NCBI GenBank assembly: GCA_003222245.1
Contig: QHVH01000023.1
Span: forward strand, 21,215 to 85,214
Direction: 5' to 3'
Source of the DNA: Blastocatellia bacterium AA13
Lineage (GTDB): Bacteria > Acidobacteriota > Blastocatellia > UBA7656
Length of the DNA stretch: 64,000 bases
Shown here: one piece after another, positions 29,686 to 38,597 of the stretch
Position numbering within the stretch: the stretch's first letter is position 1
How the letters are laid out: each line of letters starts with the position of its first letter
Translations under genes and position numbers: made by a program
Notes under the pieces: generated by a model
What the model was told of the DNA's origin: nothing
Seen by the model: the letters and a program-made list of their open reading frames with translations, nothing else
Database searches by the model: none

Positions 29686-31221
29686 ATGTCTGGCTCCGAA
29701 ACCAGGATCAAGAGTGTATTCGTAGAACTGCACGAAGATGTGTCCGCGAGTCCTCTCTGGAACAGCGATCTTGCGCCGGTTCCGATCTCGAAGCGAAACT
29801 GGACCACCTATAATTATGCGGCGCTGTGGATCAGCATGGCGCATTGCATACCGACTTATATGCTTGCCTCCAGCCTTATCGGCTCGGGGATGAACTGGCG
29901 GCAAGCGCTCGTGACCATTCTTCTCGGAAACACTATCGTACTCGTTCCCATTCTTCTGAATTCGCACCCGGGAACTAAGTACGGAATTCCCTTCCCTGTA
30001 TTCGCGCGCGCAAGCTACGGCACGGTTGGCTCAAATCTGCCGGCGCTTATGCGCGCGGTGGTCGCGTGCGGCTGGTTCGGAATACAGGCGTGGATTGGAG
30101 GCCAGGCTCTCCACGTGTTGTTCACTTCGATGCTGCCGGCCTGGCCCACTCTCCTTGGAGGGCCGGTAACATCTCCGGGAATCATTTCAGGTCATAGCCC
30201 TACTGAATACATTTCGTTTCTACTTTTCTGGGCTCTGAACATCTATATCGTCTATCGCGGTATGGATCTCTTGCGGCGAGTGGAAAATTGGGCCGCGCCG
30301 TTCGTTCTCGTAATGGCGCTCGCGTTGATGATTTGGGCGCTGTGGAAGGCAAAAGGGCTCGGCTTGATAATGGAGTCACAAGGCCGGTTCAACAGCCTTT
30401 CGTCATTCATGCCCGTGTTCATTCCTTCTTTGACCGCGATGATAGGCTACTGGGCCACGCTGTCGCTCAATATGCCGGACTTCACGCGATTCGGGCGCTC
30501 TCAGCGAGAACAGATTGTCGGCCAGGTAGTAGCGCTTCCGACCACGATGACGGTATTCGCCGCGATGGGCGTCATCATCACTTCTGCTTCGGCAATCATC
30601 TATGGCCGCTTGATATGGGACCCGGTGTTGTTGATCGGAGAGTTCCGGCAGCCCGTAGTCGTCGCGATCTCGATGTTCACCGTAGTCGTGGCGACGTTGT
30701 CGGTCAACATCGCGGCGAATGTCGTATCGCCGGCGAACGACTTTGCCAATGCATTCCCGCGCTGGATTACCTTCAGTCTCGGAGGCCTGCTAACCGGTAT
30801 TCTGGGCATACTGATGCAGCCGTGGCGGCTGTTAGCGGATCCGTCTCAGTACATCTTTAGCTGGCTTCTCGGCTATTCGGGCGGGCTGGGTTCGATCGCC
30901 GGAGTGCTGATCGCGGATTACTGGATAGTTCGCCGAGCGAGGCTCGAGCTCGCGGACTTGTATCTCACTGACGGGATCTACTCTTATGCTAAAGGATGGA
31001 ACTGGCGCGCTGTCGCAGCGACGCTCCTGGGATGCGGTCTGGCGTGGGGCGGGCTCGTGATACCGGCGATCCGCCCGCTATATGACTACGCGTGGTTTGT
31101 GGGCCTGTTTGTTTCCGGCATAAGCTATGTGTTCTTGATGCGGATTTCGGCGCCTCCTGTGTCAACGAAGATCGCATCCGAGAGCGCCGCGATCGCGAGC
31201 GAAGAAAGTACAAACGGCTAG
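29686..31221 (+). CDS. NCS1-family nucleobase/hydantoin:cation symporter
   Basis: 511 aa, 12 TM helices; NCS1 N-terminal signature LAPVPISKRNWTTYNYAALWIS... Confidence 0.85.
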   Translation: MSGSETRIKSVFVELHEDVSASPLWNSDLAPVPISKRNWTTYNYAALWISMAHCIPTYMLASSLIGSGMNWRQALVTILLGNTIVLVPILLNSHPGTKYGIPFPVFARASYGTVGSNLPALMRAVVACGWFGIQAWIGGQALHVLFTSMLPAWPTLLGGPVTSPGIISGHSPTEYISFLLFWALNIYIVYRGMDLLRRVENWAAPFVLVMALALMIWALWKAKGLGLIMESQGRFNSLSSFMPVFIPSLTAMIGYWATLSLNMPDFTRFGRSQREQIVGQVVALPTTMTVFAAMGVIITSASAIIYGRLIWDPVLLIGEFRQPVVVAISMFTVVVATLSVNIAANVVSPANDFANAFPRWITFSLGGLLTGILGILMQPWRLLADPSQYIFSWLLGYSGGLGSIAGVLIADYWIVRRARLELADLYLTDGIYSYAKGWNWRAVAATLLGCGLAWGGLVIPAIRPLYDYAWFVGLFVSGISYVFLMRISAPPVSTKIASESAAIASEESTNG

Positions 31222-31245
31222 GATGGAACCTCGGGTAATCAAGGT

Positions 31246-32277
31246 ATGAATCATCTCGTTGGAATTAAATCGGCCATGCTCATGATGGTGACCTTCGGAG
31301 CTCATCTGTTATTCGCGGCCGCGATTGCATATTCTCAAGCTCCTGCGAAACCTGAGCCGGTGCCGCAGCGGCTCTTCAGCGAGCTTCGAAGCGGAGACAT
31401 TCTCGCGCGGCGCAAAGCCGCTATACAGATGGGCGTGCTTCGGAATCGCAGCTCGATGCGCGCATTGCTTTCCGCGCTCGGAGACAAGGAATGGCGAGTG
31501 CGCGAGGCCGCCGCTTTTGCGCTTGGACAGATCGCCGATCCGGCCGCCGTGGAAGGCTTAACGACAGCGGCGTTGTCAGACAAGGAACCCGAGGTCCGTG
31601 CCTCGGCGGCTTTCGCGCTTGGGATGCTGGCTAACGAAAAGACCGCGGAGGCGCTATCGAAAGCGCTGGAAGACGATGAATCGGCGGTGCGCTCTTCCGC
31701 AATCGTCGGGCTTGGCTTATCTCAAGACGAAGCCGCTGTAGACGAACTGGTCGATCTACTGGATGACGCTTCGTTCGATGTGCGGTACGATGCCGCCTGG
31801 GCTCTCGGCCAAATCGGAGATGCCGACGCCGTGGATCATCTGAGGGCATCAATCGTCGGCGTCGATCAGATGCGCCTGGAGGCCGCAATGCGAGAAGCTT
31901 ACAGGCAAACGGTACAGAACGCGCTCGAGAATATCGCGGCCCAGACTGGAACGGTTTCGAAAGCTGGACCTTCGAGCAGACCACGACGAGCGTCAGGCGA
32001 CGACGCTGCACGCATCGGCAACAGGCCGGCTGTAGTGATCAAGACGGCCGCTGCGGTTCCGACAGAAAGGGCGCTTCAAGCAGTGGTAAAAGGGGCCGTC
32101 GGTTTGAGAGTGCTTGTCGGGAACAGCGGGCGGGTCGAGCGGGCTTATGTGATTCGGAGGCTCGGCTACGGACTCGACCAGCGCGCAGTTGAAGCCGTTC
32201 TCCAATACAGGTTCGAGCCGAGCTACGTCTCCGGTTTGCCGCAGACTTCCTGGCTCGACATTGATGTTCGATATTAG
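31246..32277 (+). CDS. HEAT-repeat (PBS-lyase type) protein with C-terminal TonB-like domain, secreted or membrane-anchored
   Basis: Signal/anchor at the N-terminus; repeated motif (VRxxAAxALGQIGDxxAVxxL); C-terminal VGNSGRVERAYVIRRLGYGLDQRAVEAVLQYRFEP resembles the TonB C-terminal fold. Confidence 0.55.
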   Translation: MNHLVGIKSAMLMMVTFGAHLLFAAAIAYSQAPAKPEPVPQRLFSELRSGDILARRKAAIQMGVLRNRSSMRALLSALGDKEWRVREAAAFALGQIADPAAVEGLTTAALSDKEPEVRASAAFALGMLANEKTAEALSKALEDDESAVRSSAIVGLGLSQDEAAVDELVDLLDDASFDVRYDAAWALGQIGDADAVDHLRASIVGVDQMRLEAAMREAYRQTVQNALENIAAQTGTVSKAGPSSRPRRASGDDAARIGNRPAVVIKTAAAVPTERALQAVVKGAVGLRVLVGNSGRVERAYVIRRLGYGLDQRAVEAVLQYRFEPSYVSGLPQTSWLDIDVRY

Positions 32278-32343
32278 TCATTGGTCATTTGCCGCTTGTT
32301 ATTTGTGACCGTAACAAATGACAAGTGACCCAGGACCAATGAC
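32278..32343 (+). promoter_or_regulatory. Nested palindrome (putative operator) upstream of the carbon-nitrogen hydrolase gene
   Basis: Outer arms GTCATTGGTC (32278-32287) / GACCAATGAC (32334-32343) are a perfect 10-bp inverted repeat. Inner arms TTGTTATTTGT / ACAAATGACAA have one mismatch around a 7-nt centre. No T-tract follows. Confidence 0.4.
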
Positions 32344-32370
32344 CAAAGACAAATTGAAAAGGACTAAGAA

Positions 32371-33240
32371 ATGGCCAAAATCGTTAAGTGCGGACTCATT
32401 CAAGCGACCAATGCAGGCTCGCCTGAAGAGCCCATTGAGAAGATCAAGCAAGCTAATATCGACAAGACCCTGAAGTTCATCGAACAGGCAGCCGGCAAGG
32501 ATGTGCAGATCCTCTGCATGCAAGAAATCTTCACAACTCCCTATTTCTGCGCCGAGCAGCAGCCGAAGTGGTATAGCGCCGTAGAGAAGATTCCGGACGG
32601 GCCTACCGTCAAGCTCATGCAGGAAATCGCTCGGAAGCACGGCATGGTGTTGATCGTGCCGATCTATGAAGAAGAGATGACGGGCGTGTATTACAACACG
32701 GCCGCGGTGATAGACGCCGACGGAACTTATCTTGGCAAGTACCGCAAGAATCATATTCCGCATACGGCGCCGGGATTCTGGGAGAAGTTTTATTTCAAGC
32801 CCGGTAATCTCGGGTATCCAGCATTCGATACTGCCTTCGCGCGGATCGGCGTCTATATTTGCTATGACCGGCACTTCCCGGAAGGCGCGCGAGCCTTGGG
32901 CCTGGCCGGAGCCGAGATAGTATTCAATCCGTCGGCAACCGTAGCGGGGTTGAGCGAATACCTGTGGGAGCTCGAGCAGCCGGCGCACGCGGCCGCAAAC
33001 GGTTACTTCGTGGGCGCGATTAACCGGGTGGGGCACGAGCAGCCATGGGATGTCGGCGAGTTCTACGGCAAGAGCTACTTCTGCGATCCGCGCGGCCAGA
33101 TCATCGCCCAGGCTTCAAGAGACAACGACGAATTGGTAGTCGCCGACCTCGATCTGGATCAAATCCGCGAAGTGCGAAACATCTGGCAATTCTTCCGCGA
33201 CCGCCGTCCCGAAAGCTACGGCGCCCTCGTCAAGGAATAA
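32371..33240 (+). CDS. Carbon-nitrogen hydrolase family amidase (beta-ureidopropionase / N-carbamoyl-amino-acid amidohydrolase type)
   Basis: 289 aa. Nitrilase-superfamily catalytic triad context: MQEIF (Glu), GKYRKNHIP (Lys), GVYICYDRHFPE (Cys). Confidence 0.8.
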   Translation: MAKIVKCGLIQATNAGSPEEPIEKIKQANIDKTLKFIEQAAGKDVQILCMQEIFTTPYFCAEQQPKWYSAVEKIPDGPTVKLMQEIARKHGMVLIVPIYEEEMTGVYYNTAAVIDADGTYLGKYRKNHIPHTAPGFWEKFYFKPGNLGYPAFDTAFARIGVYICYDRHFPEGARALGLAGAEIVFNPSATVAGLSEYLWELEQPAHAAANGYFVGAINRVGHEQPWDVGEFYGKSYFCDPRGQIIAQASRDNDELVVADLDLDQIREVRNIWQFFRDRRPESYGALVKE

Positions 33241-33260
33241 GGTCTCGTTGAGGATTCTTC

Positions 33261-34256
33261 ATGCTTGAATTCGCTATTACGTTCAAACCGGACATGCCTC
33301 ATCAGCGCATGATCTCGCTCACGAAGCAGGCCGAAGCGGCGGGCTTCAACTACGGCTGGATATTCGACTCGCATGTCTTATGGAAAGACCCATATCCGCT
33401 CCTGACTCTGATGGCTCAAGCGACGGAGCGCATGCGGCTCGGCACCTGCGTGACCAATCCGGGTGTCAGAGACGCAACGGTCACCGCCAGCCTGCTTGCG
33501 ACTCTTAATACCATCTCCGGCGGGCGAATGGATCTGGGTATCGGCCGAGGCGACAGCTCTCGTCGGGTGATGGGCAAGAAGCCGCTGACTCTCGAACGCC
33601 TCGAGGAAACCGTCCAGATTGTTCGCGATCTCTGCTCCGGCCGGCGAATCTCCTGTGAAGGTCAGGACATTCAAATGCCGTGGGCCGATGGCGGTGTTCC
33701 GCCGGTATGGGTCGCCGGTTACGGCCCGAAGGCGCTCAAGTGCGCGGGCCGCGTCGGCGACGGAGTCATACTGCAGTTCGCGGACCCTCATCTAATCAAA
33801 TGGTGCCTGGGATTCGTTAAAGAGGGCGCGGAAGAAGCAGGCCGGGATTTTTCCAAGATCCGTGTGATGAGCGCGGCCCCGGTATGGATTTCGGAATACC
33901 TTGAGAAAGCGCGCGATCAAGTTCGCTGGTTTCCGGCGCTAGTCTCCAACCATGTTGTCGATCTGGTTTCGCGCTACAAGCCAGAAGAGCTGCCGCCCGA
34001 GCTCACGTCATACGTCAAGGACCGAAAAGGCTATAACTATCTCCATCACGCGGAGGTGGGAAGCTCAAACGCGGAGTTCGTCACCGACGAAATAGTCGAC
34101 AGGTTCGCGATTGTCGGTCCGGCTGAAGAGCATATTCGCCGGCTCAAGGAGCTCGAAGAGATAGGCGTGACTCAGTTCAATATCTATCTGATGAGCGGTG
34201 ACGAAGAAGATACGCTGGAGATATACGGCAGGGACGTCGTGCCGAAGTTAGGCTGA
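33261..34256 (+). CDS. Luciferase-like monooxygenase (LLM) family flavin/F420-dependent oxidoreductase
   Basis: 331 aa, TIM-barrel LLM pattern (GWIFDSHVLW...RMRLGTCVTNP...GRMDLGIGRGDS...GYGPKA). Confidence 0.7.
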   Translation: MLEFAITFKPDMPHQRMISLTKQAEAAGFNYGWIFDSHVLWKDPYPLLTLMAQATERMRLGTCVTNPGVRDATVTASLLATLNTISGGRMDLGIGRGDSSRRVMGKKPLTLERLEETVQIVRDLCSGRRISCEGQDIQMPWADGGVPPVWVAGYGPKALKCAGRVGDGVILQFADPHLIKWCLGFVKEGAEEAGRDFSKIRVMSAAPVWISEYLEKARDQVRWFPALVSNHVVDLVSRYKPEELPPELTSYVKDRKGYNYLHHAEVGSSNAEFVTDEIVDRFAIVGPAEEHIRRLKELEEIGVTQFNIYLMSGDEEDTLEIYGRDVVPKLG

Positions 34257-34264
34257 CGAAGCCT

Positions 34265-36076
34265 TCAAAAAGTGGTACTCGGAGCCGATGAGGGAATGTC
34301 GCGGTCGTCGAGAATCCGGTGGGCCAGGTCAGAGAACATCTCGTATTCGGGCAAAGAGAGCCTCACATGGGCGACCGCCAGTACCTCGTCGAAATTCCAG
34401 GCTTCTCGTTCAAAACCCTTCTTAAAAAGCCTCCTTAGCTCTTCTAGCGGTTCTACAGCGTCGTCGCCTTTTAGCCGCGAAAGAATAGCTGAATAGAGAG
34501 CGATTTCAGCGGCGAGTTGATTGGTCTGGCCTTTGTTTAACGCCCTCGCCCTTGTCGCCATTTCAGCAGCCTCATCCAGGCGGCCTCGAGCCACGAGAAA
34601 GCCGGTGTAGTTACCGGCGCCAATCGCGTAGTTCGGATCAAGCTCAAGCGCCCTGCGATAGAGCTTCTCGGCTTCATCGTAGTTCTTGCGAACATGGAGC
34701 ATGAAAACAGCGAAGTTGCCCGTGACAATCGCCCTGTTCGGATCAAGCTCAAGCGCCTTGCGATAAAGCCTCTCGGCTTCATCGTGGTTCTTGCGAAACT
34801 GGGTCATGAAATTGGCGAAGTTGCCCGTGTTGCGCGCGTGGTTCGGATCAAGCTCAAGCGCCCTGCGATAGAGCTTCTCGGCTTCCTCGTGGTTCTTGCG
34901 AACATAGGTCATGAAATTGGCGAAGGCACCCGTCAACTCCGCGCTTTCAAGGAACTGCCGTAGGCCGGCGCGATAAATCTCCTCCTTCTCTTCCGGATCG
35001 GATTCCGATTCGGCTTTCAGATACCAGGCCCACCAGCTCTCTTCCGCGGCAAAGCGATCAGCGGCAGCCTTCGCGGCCTCGCGCACCGGTTTTCTTGCTT
35101 CCTCGGCTTCCTCAGTGTCCGCCTTCTTGCTGAGTTTGGCGTTGAGCTCCTCGAATGATTTTTGATACTCAGCGCTTCGCTTCTTATGAGCGCGCTCCAG
35201 TTCAGGCAGAGCGGAGGGGAGCTTGAGCTTCTCTTGAAGCTGAAGCATCAATTCGTCGAATCCAGCGATAGGCACAAGTCTTCCTCGATGCCGTTCCACC
35301 ACTTCGTGAATCGCCTGGTCAACGGTTTCGCCGTCAAGATGACACCAGAAAATCCCGCCGTCGATCGCCTCCGCTTCCTTCAGGTAGCCCATGAGACTGC
35401 CGTCGTTGCCTCCATACCCGATGACGATCGGCGCGAAGCGGCTGAATATCCTTTTCAGCGCGGCTTTCCATTCCTCGGAAAGGTTCGCGATTTCATCGGG
35501 ATTGCTGAACGGCTGAAGCAAGAGGTCGCGATGAATTTTCGCGACCAACGGCCGCCGCGGGTTAGGCCGAATGTAGCCGGTCAATGACTCGTGACCACAT
35601 ACAAGAGGAAAGGTGCGAGTGTAGATAGACAGCGCGTCGGCCACAAGATTATCGAAGTTAGTGGTCACAGCCACGCTGTGCGCCTTGAACGCCATTATTT
35701 GTGCAAGCACGGAATACCCGAAACTCGGCTCCGCGTGTTCCATAGCGCTCTCAAGGAACGCGTAGCCATGTTCTTTGAAGTGGCGAAAGCGTCGCTGATA
35801 GATATAGGGATAGAAACTCGCCGCCTTTTCGTACTCAAAACCCGGAATGTCCAGATTCTCAGCCGTCGCCCATTTTTCAATCGGCTGTTTGGAGAAATCC
35901 TCCTGGAGATGGATATCCTCGAGCCACCGTTTCACAAGCGCGGCGCCTGTGAGGATGCCCGATTGAACCGACGCGCCCGAACCGAGCACCCAGCAGAAGG
36001 GCCGATCCTTCATTTGCTCGTGACGCTGAAGGAATTCCTCGAGGAACCCCTCGACTGTCATCTTTTTCGCCGTCAT
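34265..36076 (-). CDS. SIR2-like (SIR2_2) NADase-domain protein fused to C-terminal TPR repeats
   Basis: 603 aa. N-terminal Rossmann FCWVLGSGASVQSGI, conserved TTNFDNL and KIHRD (putative catalytic His), as in ThsA/DSR-type SIR2 domains. The C-terminus holds three near-identical 34/35-aa TPR units (EAEKLYRRALELDPNHARNTGNFANFMT...). Confidence 0.7.
   Translation of the reverse strand: MTAKKMTVEGFLEEFLQRHEQMKDRPFCWVLGSGASVQSGILTGAALVKRWLEDIHLQEDFSKQPIEKWATAENLDIPGFEYEKAASFYPYIYQRRFRHFKEHGYAFLESAMEHAEPSFGYSVLAQIMAFKAHSVAVTTNFDNLVADALSIYTRTFPLVCGHESLTGYIRPNPRRPLVAKIHRDLLLQPFSNPDEIANLSEEWKAALKRIFSRFAPIVIGYGGNDGSLMGYLKEAEAIDGGIFWCHLDGETVDQAIHEVVERHRGRLVPIAGFDELMLQLQEKLKLPSALPELERAHKKRSAEYQKSFEELNAKLSKKADTEEAEEARKPVREAAKAAADRFAAEESWWAWYLKAESESDPEEKEEIYRAGLRQFLESAELTGAFANFMTYVRKNHEEAEKLYRRALELDPNHARNTGNFANFMTQFRKNHDEAERLYRKALELDPNRAIVTGNFAVFMLHVRKNYDEAEKLYRRALELDPNYAIGAGNYTGFLVARGRLDEAAEMATRARALNKGQTNQLAAEIALYSAILSRLKGDDAVEPLEELRRLFKKGFEREAWNFDEVLAVAHVRLSLPEYEMFSDLAHRILDDRDIPSSAPSTTF
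34629..34935 (-). repeat. Three tandem ~104-bp near-identical coding repeats (TPR units) inside the SIR2-TPR gene
   Basis: Plus-strand units begin at ~34631, ~34736 and ~34840 (GTTCGGATCAAGCTCAAGCGCCCTGCGATAGAGCTTCTCGGCTTC...) with roughly 85-90% nucleotide identity. Confidence 0.7.
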
Positions 36077-36494
36077 CAGTGAATGCTCAAATGAATCGTG
36101 AATTTCGAATTATTTTCGAATTATTAAGGTCTCTACGCGATCATAGCCTTGAGAGCGCGGTTTCAGTGAAAGTATCGGGCTGAATATCCATTCTCTCTAT
36201 CATTTCTCTCTATCATTGCCGCGATGGCAACCATCGATCCGTTGCAGGTGCGTTTTTGAGGCTTGCCCCTACAAATCCACAAGATGCGGTTCTGATCAAC
36301 TTAACCAACCAACCGCCGCGAGAACTTATCGTGTTCGGCTTGTCTTGTAAAGCGGCGCGAGCTTCATTACCGGGCCTGAGATCTACGAGCGTAACCGCTT
36401 CCCGTCTTGATTGAAAGCTGACACTCCTCACCTATCGAAACACCGTCGCACTGAACCGATTCGCTCCGCCCTGCGCCCCACGCGTTTTCATTGT

Positions 36495-37283
36495 TCAACT
36501 CAAAACCAGCGAGCTACACAACGCGGCCACATGCTCTACGACTGCGCGGTCGCCAATGTGTTTTTCTATCTCGAGCACGATTCGGCTTCCGACGACGGCG
36601 GCATCCGCGTGCCGCCAGACCTCTTTCACATGCTCAGGCGTCGATATTCCGAATCCTACGGCGACGGGAAGATCGCTGAACTTGCGAACCCGTTCGACCA
36701 GCGACGACGAGGCTTCGGAAAGATTCTGCCGGACACCCGTGACGCCCGTTCGCGATACCGCGTAGACAAACCCGGTGCTGGCCTCAGCAATCATTTTGAT
36801 TCGAGCGTCCGAGCTCGTAGGCGCAACCAGAAATATCAGATCGACTCCCGATGAAGCCAACTGCTCTCTGATTTCGCCGGCTTCTTCAGGAACTAGATCG
36901 GTTATTAAAGCCCCGTCTATTCCGGCCTCTTTGAGCGCTGGACCGATGTTGTCAAAACCCAGGGAAAGCAGCGGATTGAAATAAGTGAAGAGCACGATGG
37001 GTATTTTGCTTTCGCGCCTCACCTGTTTGACGAGATTCAAACAGTCATGAAGAGTGACGCCGTTAGCCAACGCGCGTTCGGATGCCCGCTGAATGACCGG
37101 ACCGTCCGCCATTGGATCGGAGAACGGAACTCCAAGCTCGATTATGTCCGCGCCGTTCTTTTCGAGCTCAAGAATCAATCGGCCGGTCGTCTCCAGATCG
37201 GGGTCACCGGCTGTGATGTACGGAATAAAGGCCTTCTTGCCCTTCTCACGCAACGCGAGGAAGGTCCGTTCAATATTGCGCAT
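36495..37283 (-). CDS. trpA: Tryptophan synthase alpha chain
   Basis: 262 aa; FIPYITAGDPDLETT...ELGVPFSDPMADGPVIQ. Confidence 0.9.
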   Translation of the reverse strand: MRNIERTFLALREKGKKAFIPYITAGDPDLETTGRLILELEKNGADIIELGVPFSDPMADGPVIQRASERALANGVTLHDCLNLVKQVRRESKIPIVLFTYFNPLLSLGFDNIGPALKEAGIDGALITDLVPEEAGEIREQLASSGVDLIFLVAPTSSDARIKMIAEASTGFVYAVSRTGVTGVRQNLSEASSSLVERVRKFSDLPVAVGFGISTPEHVKEVWRHADAAVVGSRIVLEIEKHIGDRAVVEHVAALCSSLVLS

Positions 37284-37294
37284 GCTTAAGTTTC

Positions 37295-38497
37295 CTATTC
37301 CCCGCGATCGAGGAACTCGGCGACCGTATTTACATCCTTGTCGCCTCGGCCCGACAGGTTCATCACGATAATCTGATCGCGGTCGAGAGCCGGAGCTTGC
37401 TTCACTACTTCAGCGATCGCGTGCGAGCTTTCCAGCGCCGGAATGATCCCTTCTAGTTTTGCGAGCAACTGGAACGCTTCAAGCGCTTCGTCATCCGTCG
37501 CCGAAGTGTATTCCACGCGTCCGATGTCGTGCAGGCGAGCGTGCTCCGGGCCGATCGCGGAGTAATCAAGTCCGGCTGAAACCGAATGCGTGGTCGAAAC
37601 CTGACCGTGCGCGTCCTGAAGAATATAACTTCGAGTGCCCTGCAACACGCCCGGTCTGCCCCCGTTGAATCGAGCCGCATGGTCCCCGAGCGCCGGTCCC
37701 CGGCCTCCCGCCTCGACTCCGACCATTCTAATCTCGGTGTCACCAAGAAACTCATAGAACAATCCGATCGCATTGCTGCCGCCGCCCACGCACGCGACGA
37801 GCAGATCCGGAAGGCGGCCCGCTTCGGCGACGATCTGATCGCGAGTCTCGCGTCCGATCACCGCTTGAAAATCTCTTACCATCGCGGGATACGGATGCGG
37901 GCCCAGGGCCGAGCCGAGCAAATAGTAGGTATCGCCGACATTGGTGACCCAGTCGCGAAGCGCCTCATTGATCGCGTCTTTGAGCGTCTTGCTTCCGGCG
38001 TTCACGCCCGATACTTCCGCGCCGAGCAGCTTCATTCGAAACACATTCAGCGCCTGCCGCCGCATGTCCTCGGTACCCATATAGACGAGACACTGGAGGT
38101 TCATCAGGGCGCACACGGTGGCCGTGGCAACACCATGCTGACCGGCGCCGGTCTCGGCGATGATTCTGTTCTTTCCCATTCGCCGCGCCAGCAGTACCTG
38201 TCCCAGCGCGTTGTTGATCTTGTGGGCTCCCGTATGACAGAGGTCTTCCCGCTTCAGATAAATCCTGGCTCCGCCGAGGTGCTCTGTCAGCCGGCCGGCG
38301 TAGAACAGAGGCGTGGGCCGCCCGACGAAATGTTTCAGCAGATGATTCAACTCGTTCTTGAAGGATTCGTCTTGCTTGGCGGCTTCATAAGCGGCGGCCA
38401 ATTCTTCGAGCGGCTGCATCAATGTTTCGGGAACAAAGCGCCCGCCGTATTCGCCAAAGTGGCCGCCTGAATCTGGAACTTCATAGAACTGATTCAT
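37295..38497 (-). CDS. trpB: Tryptophan synthase beta chain
   Basis: Probable start is MNQFYEVPD (the track ORF extends to 38524). Motifs: [31 protein letters not shown]. Confidence 0.9.
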   Translation of the reverse strand: MNQFYEVPDSGGHFGEYGGRFVPETLMQPLEELAAAYEAAKQDESFKNELNHLLKHFVGRPTPLFYAGRLTEHLGGARIYLKREDLCHTGAHKINNALGQVLLARRMGKNRIIAETGAGQHGVATATVCALMNLQCLVYMGTEDMRRQALNVFRMKLLGAEVSGVNAGSKTLKDAINEALRDWVTNVGDTYYLLGSALGPHPYPAMVRDFQAVIGRETRDQIVAEAGRLPDLLVACVGGGSNAIGLFYEFLGDTEIRMVGVEAGGRGPALGDHAARFNGGRPGVLQGTRSYILQDAHGQVSTTHSVSAGLDYSAIGPEHARLHDIGRVEYTSATDDEALEAFQLLAKLEGIIPALESSHAIAEVVKQAPALDRDQIIVMNLSGRGDKDVNTVAEFLDRGE

Positions 38498-38597
38498 TGC
38501 TGCTTCCTTTCCAGCCGCCTGCATTGTTCAATCCTCCATTAACCGCGCTCAAGTCAGTCGCGTTGTCTAACATGCCTAGACGAGGCCCAGACGAGAG

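Noticed and set aside
34537-34963. Two short ORFs (81 aa minus, 89 aa plus) with internally repetitive sequence
   Set aside because: They are alternative-frame or antisense readings of the tandem TPR-coding repeats inside the SIR2-TPR gene, not independent genes. The repeats are not a CRISPR array: units are ~104 bp with no unique spacers.
37586-38470. 294-aa plus-strand ORF
   Set aside because: It is antisense to trpB.
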